A stretch of DNA of 64,000 nt from Tubulanus polymorphus (Eukaryota; Animalia; Nemertea), in assembly GCF_964204645.1 (NCBI RefSeq), contig NC_134025.1, positions 31,824,788 through 31,888,787 on the forward strand. Reading direction: 5' to 3'. The notes under the pieces are model-generated. The model did no database searches. It was not told where the DNA came from and worked only from the letters and a program-made list of their open reading frames with translations. Numbering within the stretch: the first letter of the stretch is position 1; every line of letters begins with the position of its first letter. Both the position numbers and the translations under genes were made by a program. This document shows, in pieces, positions 36,568 through 48,799 of the stretch.

Positions 36568-37428
36568 CTTCTAAATGAGGACGACCATCGATCACGTGTC
36601 TAATCGCATCATAATGGGTACGGGGTGTCCCGCGTTCGAACCAAGTAATTACTGATACTGGTTCAGAGTGGTCTTGATACTGAATAGAGGATGTACAGGG
36701 GTATCCCGAGTTCGAACCCAGTAATTACTGATACTGATTCAGAGAGGTCCTGATGCTGATTTGATGATGTACAGGGTGTCCCGGGTTCAAACTCAGTAGT
36801 GGTCCAAGTTGTCCTGATGCTGAATGGAGGATGTACAGGGTTGTCCCGGGTTCGAGAATCAGTAATTACTGATACTGATTCACAGTGGTCCTGATGCTGA
36901 TTTGATGATGTACAGGGGTGTCCCGGGTTCGAACTCAGTAGTGGTCCAAGTTGTCCTGATGCTGAATGGAGGATGTACAGGGGTGTCCCGACCGTACGGT
37001 GCTGCCGCTATGCTCATCGTTAGCGGGATTTCCATACACTAACTGAAGTCAACTCTGGCAATCGACGTGCTGTCCAGTTACACTCCGTAACCCTTGCTTG
37101 CCAGAGTTGACTAACGTTAGTGTATGAAAATCCCGCTACCGATGAGCATAGAGGCAGCACCGTACGGTAAAATGTTGATATCTTAACAAAAGTAATTACT
37201 GATAACTGATTCTGATTGGTCCTGATGCTGAATGGAGGAAGTACAGGGGTATCCCGGGTTCGAACCCAGTAATTACTGATACTGGTTCAGAGTGGTCTTG
37301 ATACTGAATAGAGGATGTACAGGGGTGTCCTGGGTTCGACCCCGCCACGAAAAATGATTAAATAACGCACACACGACTTACAGCAACAATTATCTATATG
37401 TATTCCTCATTGACATGTAACACACCAG

Positions 37429-37518
37429 GACCCAGTTCCACAGTTGTGAGTTTGGGGTAACCCATTGAAAATGAAATAACTCAGAGTTAACTCTAACTCA
37501 CAACTGTGGAACTGGGTC
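37429..37518. mobile_element. 90-bp MITE present only in unit 4 (Harbinger-like CWG site)
   Basis: 27-bp perfect inverted repeat caggacccagttccacagttgtgagtt; empty site acctgcc in units 1-3. Confidence 0.85.
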
Positions 37519-40322
37519 CTGCCCTTTTAAGAATAGTAGTTGGACCATCGAATTGAAACCCTCGCATACTATGGTAAGAAAGAATAAATGAATCCCTTAA
37601 ATGGACACCAGGGGTCGCAGTTTCACAAAAAACGATGCATTTTTTAAATGAATTTGTGAAGAAATTTAATCTGGATCAAATCTAACAAAAACAGATGAAC
37701 TTCCTGAACTCAGTTTTTCTTTTTTGTTGATCTTTGATAATTAATCCGGTGAACTGTACCCGCGGTAGGATTTGGTTTATGATGCGAGGGTTTCAATCAG
37801 ATTTAGATGCCGCAGTTTCGCACACTGAATAGCGAGTATTTAATCCCATCGAGTCCAGTTTCACAGAGAAAGTATGAATCAATTTCAACTTGGGATTTAA
37901 TTTTTTCTTCAAAATAAAATGTTTGAACGCAATTGGTTTGTGAAACTCTACCCCAGGCCCAGTTTCTTCAAAAATATTCATTCATTGAGGCGGTAAAGTC
38001 GAATTGAGTAAAGTTTTTTGAATAAATTATTTCTATGAAACTGAACCCGTGGGATTTACGTGTGAAACACTGAGTGTGTGTGAAACTGCTGGCGTCTGTA
38101 ATCACAACTAAAACAACACAGAAAATTCATCTTTATTTCAAATAAAACAGAACAACAGTTCACACGAAATATTATAGTGCCATAATAAAGAAAACCTCGA
38201 TATTTCAACTTTATGGTTTCATTGATTGAGTGACTTGTCAAAACATGTCCATATTACATCATTATACAATATGTGTATCATACAATTTTTCTACAAAACC
38301 AGACCAATAAAACTGGTCGTTGGGTACAAACAATTACAAACTAATGCAACCAGTTATCGCTGCTTTACAGCTACATTTAATCTTCAATTTCAATTTTCAC
38401 TAAAACTTTAAAACCCACTATATAGAAACTTAATAGAAGTAAAAGAGACAACATTTTGGAGTCTCTGTAGAGACCATCATCAAGTCTGAAGAATAACTAA
38501 AACAGGGAAAAACAAGTTAATTAGGAAAGTAAAGCGAGTGTTCAGTGCTAAGGTTGAGAGGTTTTGTTATTTTGTTCGTATAGGTTGTTCTAGTTATTTC
38601 TTCATTATACTTTGATTATTTTGATTCTGATTCTTGATAAATGAATTTTGCCTTTTAAATTTGCATATAACAGGGTTTAAATCATATATTCTATGCCCGA
38701 GTCAGGCTATTATTCTATTAGCAAAAATGACACCACAGCTTTGAGAGACGAATCAGGGGATGACTTGATTGTTTTTATGGATATGTGATACACAGTCCAT
38801 CAAACCATCATAAACAGAACAACAGTAGGCTGCCCGTGCCGGTCGGCACAGATAAACAATATTCATTTGGCGCCAGGTAGATGGCTGGTCCCTGTCCCTG
38901 TCAAATGGCAAATTGGTCCCGATCCCAACTTCGTCCTAGAATAGAGAAAACTTGCGTCAGCAATTATTACATAGAAAATGTTCAATTGAATTAACAGTTA
39001 AGTGGGAATTGTTTTCATGACATAATTCGGTAACTAGAATTTATAATTACCTTATAATTCAAGATAATTCAACACCATTATTCAATCTTTGGTCAATTTT
39101 CAAACTGTTCTATTGGACAAATTTCATGCTGCAAAAAATCATCATACTATGAAAAAGTAACGTATTTATAGCAGTCTGAAATTGGGGCTAAATTCTATTA
39201 GAAAATCAATCATTTTCAAACTTGTGTTTAGCAGAATCAAGAATCACACATAAAAATTTTGTACAGAATAATTAAATGTTAGAATATTATGAAATTAGAG
39301 CACAGTGGAGTGATGAAAGACTCACCATTTCTAAACTCATATCAGATAAGTTCAGTGCCATCTAGCAGGATTTCACTTCCAACAGTCATAATGTCATGAA
39401 GTTAAGAGAACTGATGATTTTCTGAGAAAATAAATTCTTAAAACGATAGCAGCAGCTTCAGCAACTAGAGCTTCTTTACTCTTTGAAGGTGAATATTTTT
39501 AATTTCTCCAGTTCCAAAAAGTGTTGGGCGTATTGCATTCTGGAAAGAGAAAATTATGCCAGAAAATGGTTAATGAAATAGATAGAAACTGCAACTTGTT
39601 TGTGTTCGATTGACAGAAAACCTACCGGGTTAATGAGTAGTTTATCACAATGTGTCGAGTATATGCAGATTTCTGAGAGGTTTGATGGTAGCTTTAGACT
39701 GCATCCTCTAGTAAAACGTTGATACCTGCCAACATTGACCGATCAAAACATCATTTTCTGGACTTGATTTGAAGATCACCACAAATTACTGCAATAAATC
39801 GATATAAAACTCACCGCTTCTGACTTGATTGATTTGTGGAGCGCAATGTTAACTGCAAGTTCAGCTTTATTTTGGACCCTAGAATACAAAAGTTGTATAA
39901 TTTTGATGATTCGAACTTTGACCAGAATAGAAGTGATTGAAATTTCGCCTTCACTGATTAATGTAGCTTCTAATCAGGAAATGAGTTTATAAATGTACAG
40001 TCAAACAGAGACTAGAATCTGTAGAGATATTTACCGGTACTGTATTTGTTTTGAGGACTTAAAGCGATGTCCATCTTAAACAAATGTGAAGTGAATTCCC
40101 AATGTTTACTGTTCACAGATTCTATCAAGGGTTCCAGTTATTTCAGCTCCTAAATACGAATTTTAGAAATTTTCAGTGAAGCTGTTATGAAATAAGAGCA
40201 GTTTCACACCAAATCAAACTAAGCCGTGATCTTTGAGCGGTTGAATGCTGGAAACATGAACAGATCGAATAATTTATATAGAACAGTTCTCTAAAAATAA
40301 TGAATTTCCAAACAGGTTTTAC

Positions 40323-40535
40323 CTGCTGCCGCTGCTGGTGGCGCTGTTGCTGCATGGTGCTGGTACTGCAGGTACTGCCAGTGCTGCTGTTGCAGCTGCT
40401 GGTGGCGCTGTTGCTGCATGGTGCTGGTACTGCAGGTACTGCCAGTGCTGCTGTTGCTGCTGCTGGTGGCGCTGTTGCTGCATGGTGCTGGCACTGCAGG
40501 TACTGCCAGTGCTGCTGTTGCTGCTGCTGCTGCGG
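40323..40535. repeat. 64-bp minisatellite, ~3.3 units
   Basis: Direct reading. Confidence 0.95.
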
Positions 40536-42567
40536 TGTGTATCTCATCCTGTAACTGAGAGTAAAACAGTAATTCTTAGTTCAAAAATAATTCAAAATAT
40601 CAACAGAGACTGTGAAGAATTCTGTGGAGAAATTCATTACCAGTTTTGTATTTACCTTTAAATGAGCCAGTTTAAATAGTAAATTCTATTGCATTCATTT
40701 CATTCTGAAAAGAAAAAGAAGCAATAATCAGTGACAATAGAGCAGAATGTAACATCTCAAATTATCAATCAATCAGACAGAAACAGTACAGATTAAACTG
40801 CTGTACTTATTTCATACTGATTGTACAGTTACAGATACATGTAACATTGTGTACAGATACAGAGTACAGATCACTGCATTACTTCATCCTGTGAATGAAC
40901 AGTGATTTAATGTTCTCTCATCTTCATTAGATTCCCATCCGTCTAACTAAAACATCAGAACATTTCAACTCATCTAACCTCCCGACCCAACCCTCCCAGA
41001 CCCCATCCCTCCCGCCCTTCTTCTCTCCCATACCCCTTCAATCCCGCCTCCCGACCCCTTCCCTCCCACGCCCCTTCCCTCCCGCCTCCTTCCCTCCCTC
41101 ATCCCTTCCCTCCCGCCCTACCCGACCCCTTCCCTCCCGCCCATACCCTAGCCTTCCCTCAATGCCCCCCCCCACCTGGCCCTCCCTCAATGCCCTCCCA
41201 CCTAGCCCTACCTCAATGCCTCCTCAACTCTCTCAATGCCCTCCCACCTGGCCCTCCCTCAATGCCCTCCCACCTAGCCCTCCCTCAATGCCCTTCCATC
41301 ATGCCTCCTCAACTCTCTTGTCTCCTCTTCACACACCACTCATCTGTACAATAACTACAAAACGATTTGCCATTTTTCACGATCATATCAATTTCATTTA
41401 TAGATCAAAATCCTTAATCAATTGCATCATTGATGGGACTCACAGATACTTTCTCTACACATTTTGGAGGCATTCAGATGACCTCAAATGATCATATGCC
41501 TGGGTTGGTCTTGAAAATCACATGGCTTCATTTTTACAGATGATTTCTTTATCAATTTCATCAAATTATTCCTATTATTTCTACTCCCTCTAATAAGTAT
41601 TCACAATATATCTCAGTTTCACGACAAGTTGCAGCAGTCGTCTGTAAACAGATTTCATTTCATCAAATGATGCGAGTTTGAGTTGTAGAGGTTTCATCTA
41701 CAAAACATCAAACCAAACCCGAGGAACTTAATGTTGTAAGGGAGGGGGAGGTATACGGAGGGTTCACCCGAACAAAGGAAATAAGCCCGAACCAAACCTT
41801 CACACTCACAAAATGTCGCGAGAAAGGCAAACACAAACCAAGGACAAGAATGATGGCTGAGATCAAAACAATTAATGCTATTTATGTTGCTTCACCAATT
41901 CAACATGACGTCACTAAATGAAACCATTGTGGACTATTTCAATACTCTCTACTAGAGGTTTCATATAAGCAAGTAGTTTATGGAATCCTATTCATAAAAG
42001 TTATTAATCAATGTTTTTAAACTGTTGCAAAAAATATACGTCATAAATAATCTGTTTGATTGTCTTTTCAAGTTAACACTTAAACCCAGTGGAACAAATC
42101 AAACTCCAGCCATTTTTCCTTCATTTGCCATTTTTCGTTTTTACTCTTTTCTCTGATTTTTAGCACTTGAGTCGAGGTAGGAATAGACCCCTGCCCGCTC
42201 GCTAAGCGTACAGGACACTAAACCTTCGAATTGCTCTCGGACCCCACTCTTTATATCAGCATTTCATGCTGTTTTATTTTATTCACGCATTCGCTTTACA
42301 TTTTTTCATATGGCTTTTCCTTATTTTTCGTCTCACTAAAATTCTCATCAGTTCCGACTGGGATAAAGTTTAATCTTTTAGAGACAAACAGCAAAAGGTT
42401 GTGTTAGTTGCACCAGCAGCAGCAGCAGCAGCTGCAGCAGCACCAGCAGCAACACTGATACAGATGAATCTTTCATTAACTACGTCATTTGTTCCATTCC
42501 CAAATATTGAGTCATGAAGGCAACAGAAATAACTTTAAAAAACGTTAAATCTTTCATTTATGGCCTT

Positions 42568-43100
42568 GGTTTAGTGACCTAAGCGTCAAATATTGGTTCA
42601 TAGCCCAGGTATGGTGACCAAAGAGTCAAAGTTTGGTTCATGGCTCAGGTTTAGTGACCAAAGAGTCAAAGTTTGGTTCAAGGCTCAGGTTTAGTGACCA
42701 AAGAGTCAAAGTTTGGTTCATGGCTCAGGTTTAGTGACCAAAGAGTCAAAGTTTGGTTCATGGCTCAGGTTTGGTGACCAAAGAGTCAAAGCTTGGTTCA
42801 AGGCTCAGGTTTAGTGACCAAAGAGTCAAAGTTTGGTCCATGGCTCAGGTTTAGTGACCAAATAGTCAAAGTTTGGTTCATAGCCCAGGTTTGGTAACCA
42901 AAGAGTCAAAGTTTGGTTCATAGCCCAGGTTTGGTGACCAAAGAGTCAAAGTTTGGTTCATAGGCCTGTTTTGGTGACCAAAGTGTCAAAGTTTGGTCTA
43001 TGGTTCTGATTTGGTGACCAAAGAGTTAAAGTTTGGTTCATAGCCCTGTTAGGTTTACCAAAGAGTCAAAGTTTGGTCTATGGTTCTGATTTGGTGACCA
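42568..43100. repeat. 40-bp minisatellite, ~13.5 copies
   Basis: Direct reading. Confidence 0.95.
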
Positions 43101-46100
43101 CGGAGGGTAAATATAGCTCATGAGCGTTGCATATGTTGAATAGGGGAATTGGACTAAACACTCATCACTAGAATAAAGTGAAGAATTATGTTCACACTGA
43201 ATGGGCTCAAAATCTTGTACTAATTGATAAAGTCTGAAATAATTCTGACTAATTTGAGTCTATCGGAAAATGATGCATTGATCGAAGTCTAAAAGCTATA
43301 AACTGACAAATTGATCGAGCGCTGATAATATTTTAAATAACAGCGGAGGATGAAATAACTTTCATAAACTGATATGATCGTGAAAAATGGCAAAATACAC
43401 TAGATACACCTCCCCCACGCTTTATCAGAATCTCATTGTAGTAGGAAGATTGCCGTAGCCTAACTGTAAAAACTACAACTACATCTGGTTGAATATCATT
43501 TGTTTTTACGCCTTTTAAATTCAGTAAAATATTTCCTGATAGAAGTATAATTAGTTCGCAGCCCCTTAAATTCTGTCTAGAATAGAATTATAAGTCACAG
43601 GTAGAAATAGAATATTATCCTATTCTAAAATGAATATAATAATAGAACAATAGTCTCTCCGTGTCAATCTTTGTCCCACCTAAAAATTGTACAGTTTATT
43701 TCAGAAAATGTGTCCCATCTTTTTGAAAAAGATAACTAATTATTAAGGATATCTATGAATAGTGATATACTGTGCCATGAAGGCAAATGAAGAAGTGTGT
43801 CAATAAAAGTGATTACAAAACATATCACTTATTCTAATGAGTTCTATACTCTTCTTCCAAAAATGAAGAGTAGGTCTCTGTCTAAGAATCTCCAGAAAAA
43901 AGAGGAGGCAGCAATGAATGTGAACTGCATCTCGACTCTCGTCAACAATTTTCTAAGTCGTCCTATACAGTTCTCAGTATTTACAGCCGTTTCTAAAATA
44001 GCACAGAAGAAAATACATCTTTCAGCTGGAAATGTATCAGTAAACCGCCAGACATCAACAGTAATTATTACGTATGATTGTTGTTTCATTGAATTATTAA
44101 TGAAGCCGTGTTTTGATCGGAGCCAAGGAGCAGTTTGTGATCATTCAAAAAATATCACTCATTCCTGACCACATTAAATAATGGCCCTAAACATTGAAAC
44201 GTCCCAATTCAGAAATCTGGGGGCAATTATCTCATAACGATTGAGAGAAGTGACGGTGAAATAACGTGCGCACTCACCGGGGATCAAACCCGGGTCTCAT
44301 AGTAAAATAGAACGAGTCCAATTGGCCGATGCTTAAAAAGCTTACTGAAACATGACATGTTGCAGTCACACATGTTGCGGCCACATGACGTGTTTCATAA
44401 TGATTAATCCTTTCTTAGAATAATAAAAAGATGGGACACATTTTCTGAAATATCCTGAATTTCGAGACTAAAACTACGACTAAACCATCTGTACCTGTAC
44501 CAAAACCCCCACCCTATATCCCTCCCTCCAAAGTCCTACCACCACCCCTACATCCCTCCCGCCCTCCCTCACCCCTTCCCTCCCGTACCCTTTCCCTCCT
44601 GCCCTCCCTCACCCCTTCCCTCCCGCCCTCCCTCACCCCTTACCTCCCGCCCTCCCTCACCCCTTACCTCCCGCCCTCCCTCACCCCATAGGCCTACCTC
44701 CCCCCAACCTACCCACCCTCCCTAAACCCTGTGGTTAGGTGAGATGAATGTTCTAATGTTTTAGTTAGACGGATGGGAATCTAATGAAGACGAGAGAACA
44801 TTAAATCACTGTTCAATCACAGGATGAAGTAATGCAGTGATCTGTACTCTGTATCTGTACACAATGTTACAATGTATCTGTAACTGTTCAATCAGTATGA
44901 AATAAGTACAGCAGTTTAATCTATAGAAATTCTAACTCTTAAGATACACATGATCTGATTGTCACGAAGGAACATGATTGATAACAGTTGTATTATTGAC
45001 ATCAGGAACCAGTTTCATATTGATTAAAAATAACATTTGAGTTGACCACAATTTAGAAAACCTGTAAACCCGCTTACAGAAATAACAATCCCAATCATGA
45101 ACTGATTATAGTCAAATATTCACCAAAAGAAATTTGAAATGATTGAATAAATGCAACAGGTTTCTGAGATTTCATTTCAAAACATGGTTTATAACAAACA
45201 ATATAAAATTGGTCCCTAAAAATCAATTCAACAACCGATAAATAAAGATTAATGTTACTTATCTTGAATTTCCACATAGGCTATAGTGATTCCTGATGTC
45301 ATGCTGAATCCAAGAATGATTCCCGATGTCCGGCGCGAAACCAAAAAAGTCTGATTGTGAAACACTGATTCCTTGTCCTGTGCTGAATCTAAGAGTGATT
45401 CTTGTTTTCCTGTGCTGAATCAAAATTCCCGTTGAACACGTTGAAGTGATACCTATAATAGACAAATCTAAGATTGTTTTCTTTCCTTAGAAATAACTGC
45501 AGAAATATCAAATCTAAAATTCAAACTTACAAATTAGATTGTTCGCTCCAATCTGCAGTTCATTTATTCACGGGGTTTTTCTATCCACAGTTTAGGTTTT
45601 GCATCTAGAGTTGAACATGAAATATAAACAAAAAGGTAATGAAAAAATGAACAGTTTAAATATTATCTGTTTCTGAAACCAATGATCATCATCATCATCA
45701 ATATCAGACGAATGGAGGCAAGTAGAGGCATCCATCCTCCCGCGGCAGTGACTCGAACCTCATGGCATCCAGATTGCCACGGTACGAAACCCTGCCACAC
45801 TAGACCGAGTGCGCAGCAGCTACACGCGCAGCTTAGATGATCTCATTAATAGCCAATCAGAAATTCAGTTTTATTTTAGCCCGGGTTTACCCATTTATAG
45901 TTCTTCCGTGAAATTTACCTCAGCGATTAACGAGCAATCTGTTTGGTGCCGCAAGATTTCGCGCGGTAAAGCTGCGCATGTACCTGCGCACCCGGTCTAG
46001 TGTGGCAGGGGTTCGTGCTGTGGCTGAGTGTGGCGAGCGATGTCATCAGGTTGGAATCCCTCCCATGGGAGGATATTGGTGTCCGACACGTTTGGACTGC

Positions 46101-47327
46101 TGTGGTGATTAATATCGGTTTAGCGACAGATGAAATAAACTTACACTGTTTTCACTGTTTGATGTAATCAGTCGATGGAATCATTTTAGAACAAATTCAT
46201 CACAAAACAGCGAGGTGGAGCCCATCGTGGTCTAGATATATCAGGATGGAATGACGTCGATATGCTCGACTGAGCGCCACCAGTCCAAGTGCACCATTTA
46301 TAGGATGTACCTCTGAAATAATTTGATTTACCACAATATCTGAGATGGAATATTTTTCGCCATTTAAACCAATGTTACAAACACTTACCAAATATTGAAA
46401 TACTGATTTCAGGGGTCGGGAAGGAGGGTGGCAATATTTAGGTGAGGATTTTGCTGAATTTCGTGTTATGGTAAAGCACGCCATTTTGATATTGCGTCAT
46501 AGTGTACCTCAGATTGGGATTCCCGCCGCTAGACTGGTCACCGCCACCTGCATTCGCAAGTAGAAATGGCAACCAGTCTATTGCAGGTCTCGGCTTCTTT
46601 TCGATTATATTGAATTTTTATATTCTACGCAATATTCAAAGAATTTATTCTAATGAAAACCACGCTCTTGGATCAAAGGCCCGTGGATTACTACTTTAGT
46701 TCACAGAAATTCCGCTATCGTTATTCATAGGGGCAGCACTGAACGGTTGTTATCTGATGCAGTCTTGCTTTTTTACTGCGGCATGTGAGGAATACAGATT
46801 TTTCTTAAGTCAAATTTCATTCATCACTCAACACTAGTTTGTTAGAAATTAATAACTCTACCAACATTAGAGCTTTATATAAGGAGAGTAAATAGTATGA
46901 TAGAATCTCCCTAATTCCGATCATTGGGACCAACAAAATTCATCCGTTTTACGGCAAATCCGGATTAAAAGTCATTTTCGTGTATATTAATGAATAAATT
47001 GACTGTAAATATTATCCGGATTAGACCAAAATTCGGATTAAGCCGATGCGGATTAAACGATTTAGTTTGACTGTATCAGCCAATAGAATCAGTCTTGGAA
47101 TACAGAAAGACGTTCACGATTGAGTTATGTACAAATACCGATATGAGAAAAGCTTAGATTCACCTCCTAAGCCATCACCCATGGAACTGGCCCCAGGGCA
47201 CTAAAAAGGCAATTACCAAGAAACAAACACTGACGCGAGTGTTGGCCTGTTTGATAAACGCAGTAACCCTAGTGTTGGCCTTGTACCACACTGACCACAC
47301 GTATTCACAAACTTAGTCAGCCACCAG

Positions 47328-47455
47328 AACTCAGCGGTCTAGTGGTTAGCATGCTCGGCCGGCATGCTGGAGTTCGCAGGTTCGAGTCCTGCTAGGGTTA
47401 GGATTACGGTAGATATAGGGTTAGGGTTAGTGCCACAGGTTAGGGCAGCTTTTGG
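47328..47455 (+). mobile_element. tRNA-like head + TTAGGG copy 5
   Basis: A/B boxes; extra ggttaggg; T4. Confidence 0.65.
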
Positions 47456-47740
47456 CCCAGCGAGGTATTTGTAGTACGATGATCATATGTTTGACTCAGG
47501 TTATTTTTTGGTGAATAGATTCTATACTAACTTATATATTTTGAACACAAATATTCGCTTTATCCTTAGAAGCCACTTTATTCAAAAGATACTTCGCTCA
47601 ATACAGTAGTTTATTTCTAAATGAATAAAAGAGTTGGTGACATTATTCAATATATATATATATAAACCACAATATCTACTTTACGGTTGGTATGCAACAA
47701 TTTCCACTCTTTTCCAAGAGGTGTCGCTTTGGATAAATGT

Positions 47741-48100
47741 CTATATCTCTTGACCCAATGGACCGATTACGATTAAACTTGATACACAGGAACTTTTATC
47801 AAGTAGCACTCGGGGTGGGTGAAATCGCTCTAGGTTGAAGTTACACTGTCCTAAAATGGCTCCAAACAACGTGAAATTGGTAGTTAGGCCTAATTCGAGT
47901 ACGGGTAGAACACAGTTTGAAATCGTATCGTTGTAGGTTATCGTAAAGAAGATGAATCCGTAGGCACCTAATACGACGATTAACAGTACAAATATCGATA
48001 TAGACACGGTTTTAGTCGAGACATTGATCGCCGGGTTTAAACATTCCTGGATATGACCATGTTTCACAATTAAATTCATCTTCTGAATGAGGACGACCAT
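47741..48100 (-). CDS. Hypothetical 2-TM ORF copy 5 (119 aa)
   Basis: ORF track. Confidence 0.3.
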   Translation of the reverse strand: MVVLIQKMNLIVKHGHIQECLNPAINVSTKTVSISIFVLLIVVLGAYGFIFFTITYNDTISNCVLPVLELGLTTNFTLFGAILGQCNFNLERFHPPRVLLDKSSCVSSLIVIGPLGQEI

Positions 48101-48799
48101 CGATCACGTGTCTAATCGCGTCATAATGGGTACGGAATGTCCCGTGTTCGAACCAAGTAATTACTGATACTGGTTCAGAGTGGTATTGATACTGAATAGA
48201 GGATGTACAGGGGTATCCCGAGTTCGAACCTAGTAATTACTGATACTGGTTCAGAGTGGTATTGATACTGAATAGAGGATGTACAGGAGTATCCCGAGTT
48301 CGAACCTAGTAATTACTGATACTGGTTCAGAGTGGTCTTGATACTGAATACAGGGGTGTCACGGGTTCGAACCCAGTAGTGGTCCAAGTTGCCCTTATGC
48401 TGGATAGAGGATGTCCCGATTGTACAGTGCTGCCGCTATGCTCATCGTTAGCGGGATTTCCATACACTAACTGAAGTCAACTCTGGCAATCGTCGTGCTG
48501 TCCAGTTATACTCCGTAACCCTTGCTTGCCAGAGTTGACTAACGTTAGTGTATGAAAATCCCGCTACCGATGGGCATAGAGGCAGCACCGTACGGTAAAA
48601 TGTTGATATCTTAAAAATAATTACTGATAACTGATTCAGAGTGGTCCAAGTGGTCACTGGTGGTCCAAGTTGTCCTGATGCTGAATAGAGGATGTACAGG
48701 GGTGTCCCGAGTTCGAACCCAGCACTATTCTAGGTTGTTAGTCGAAAAATGATTGAATAACGCACACACGACTTACAGCAAAATTTATCTATATTTACT

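Larger units (their letters stand above)
35482..47187. repeat. Macrosatellite unit 4 (11512 bp from anchor 35676, plus the preceding unit tail)
   Basis: Homology resumes at taaattgactgtaaat. Confidence 0.95.
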
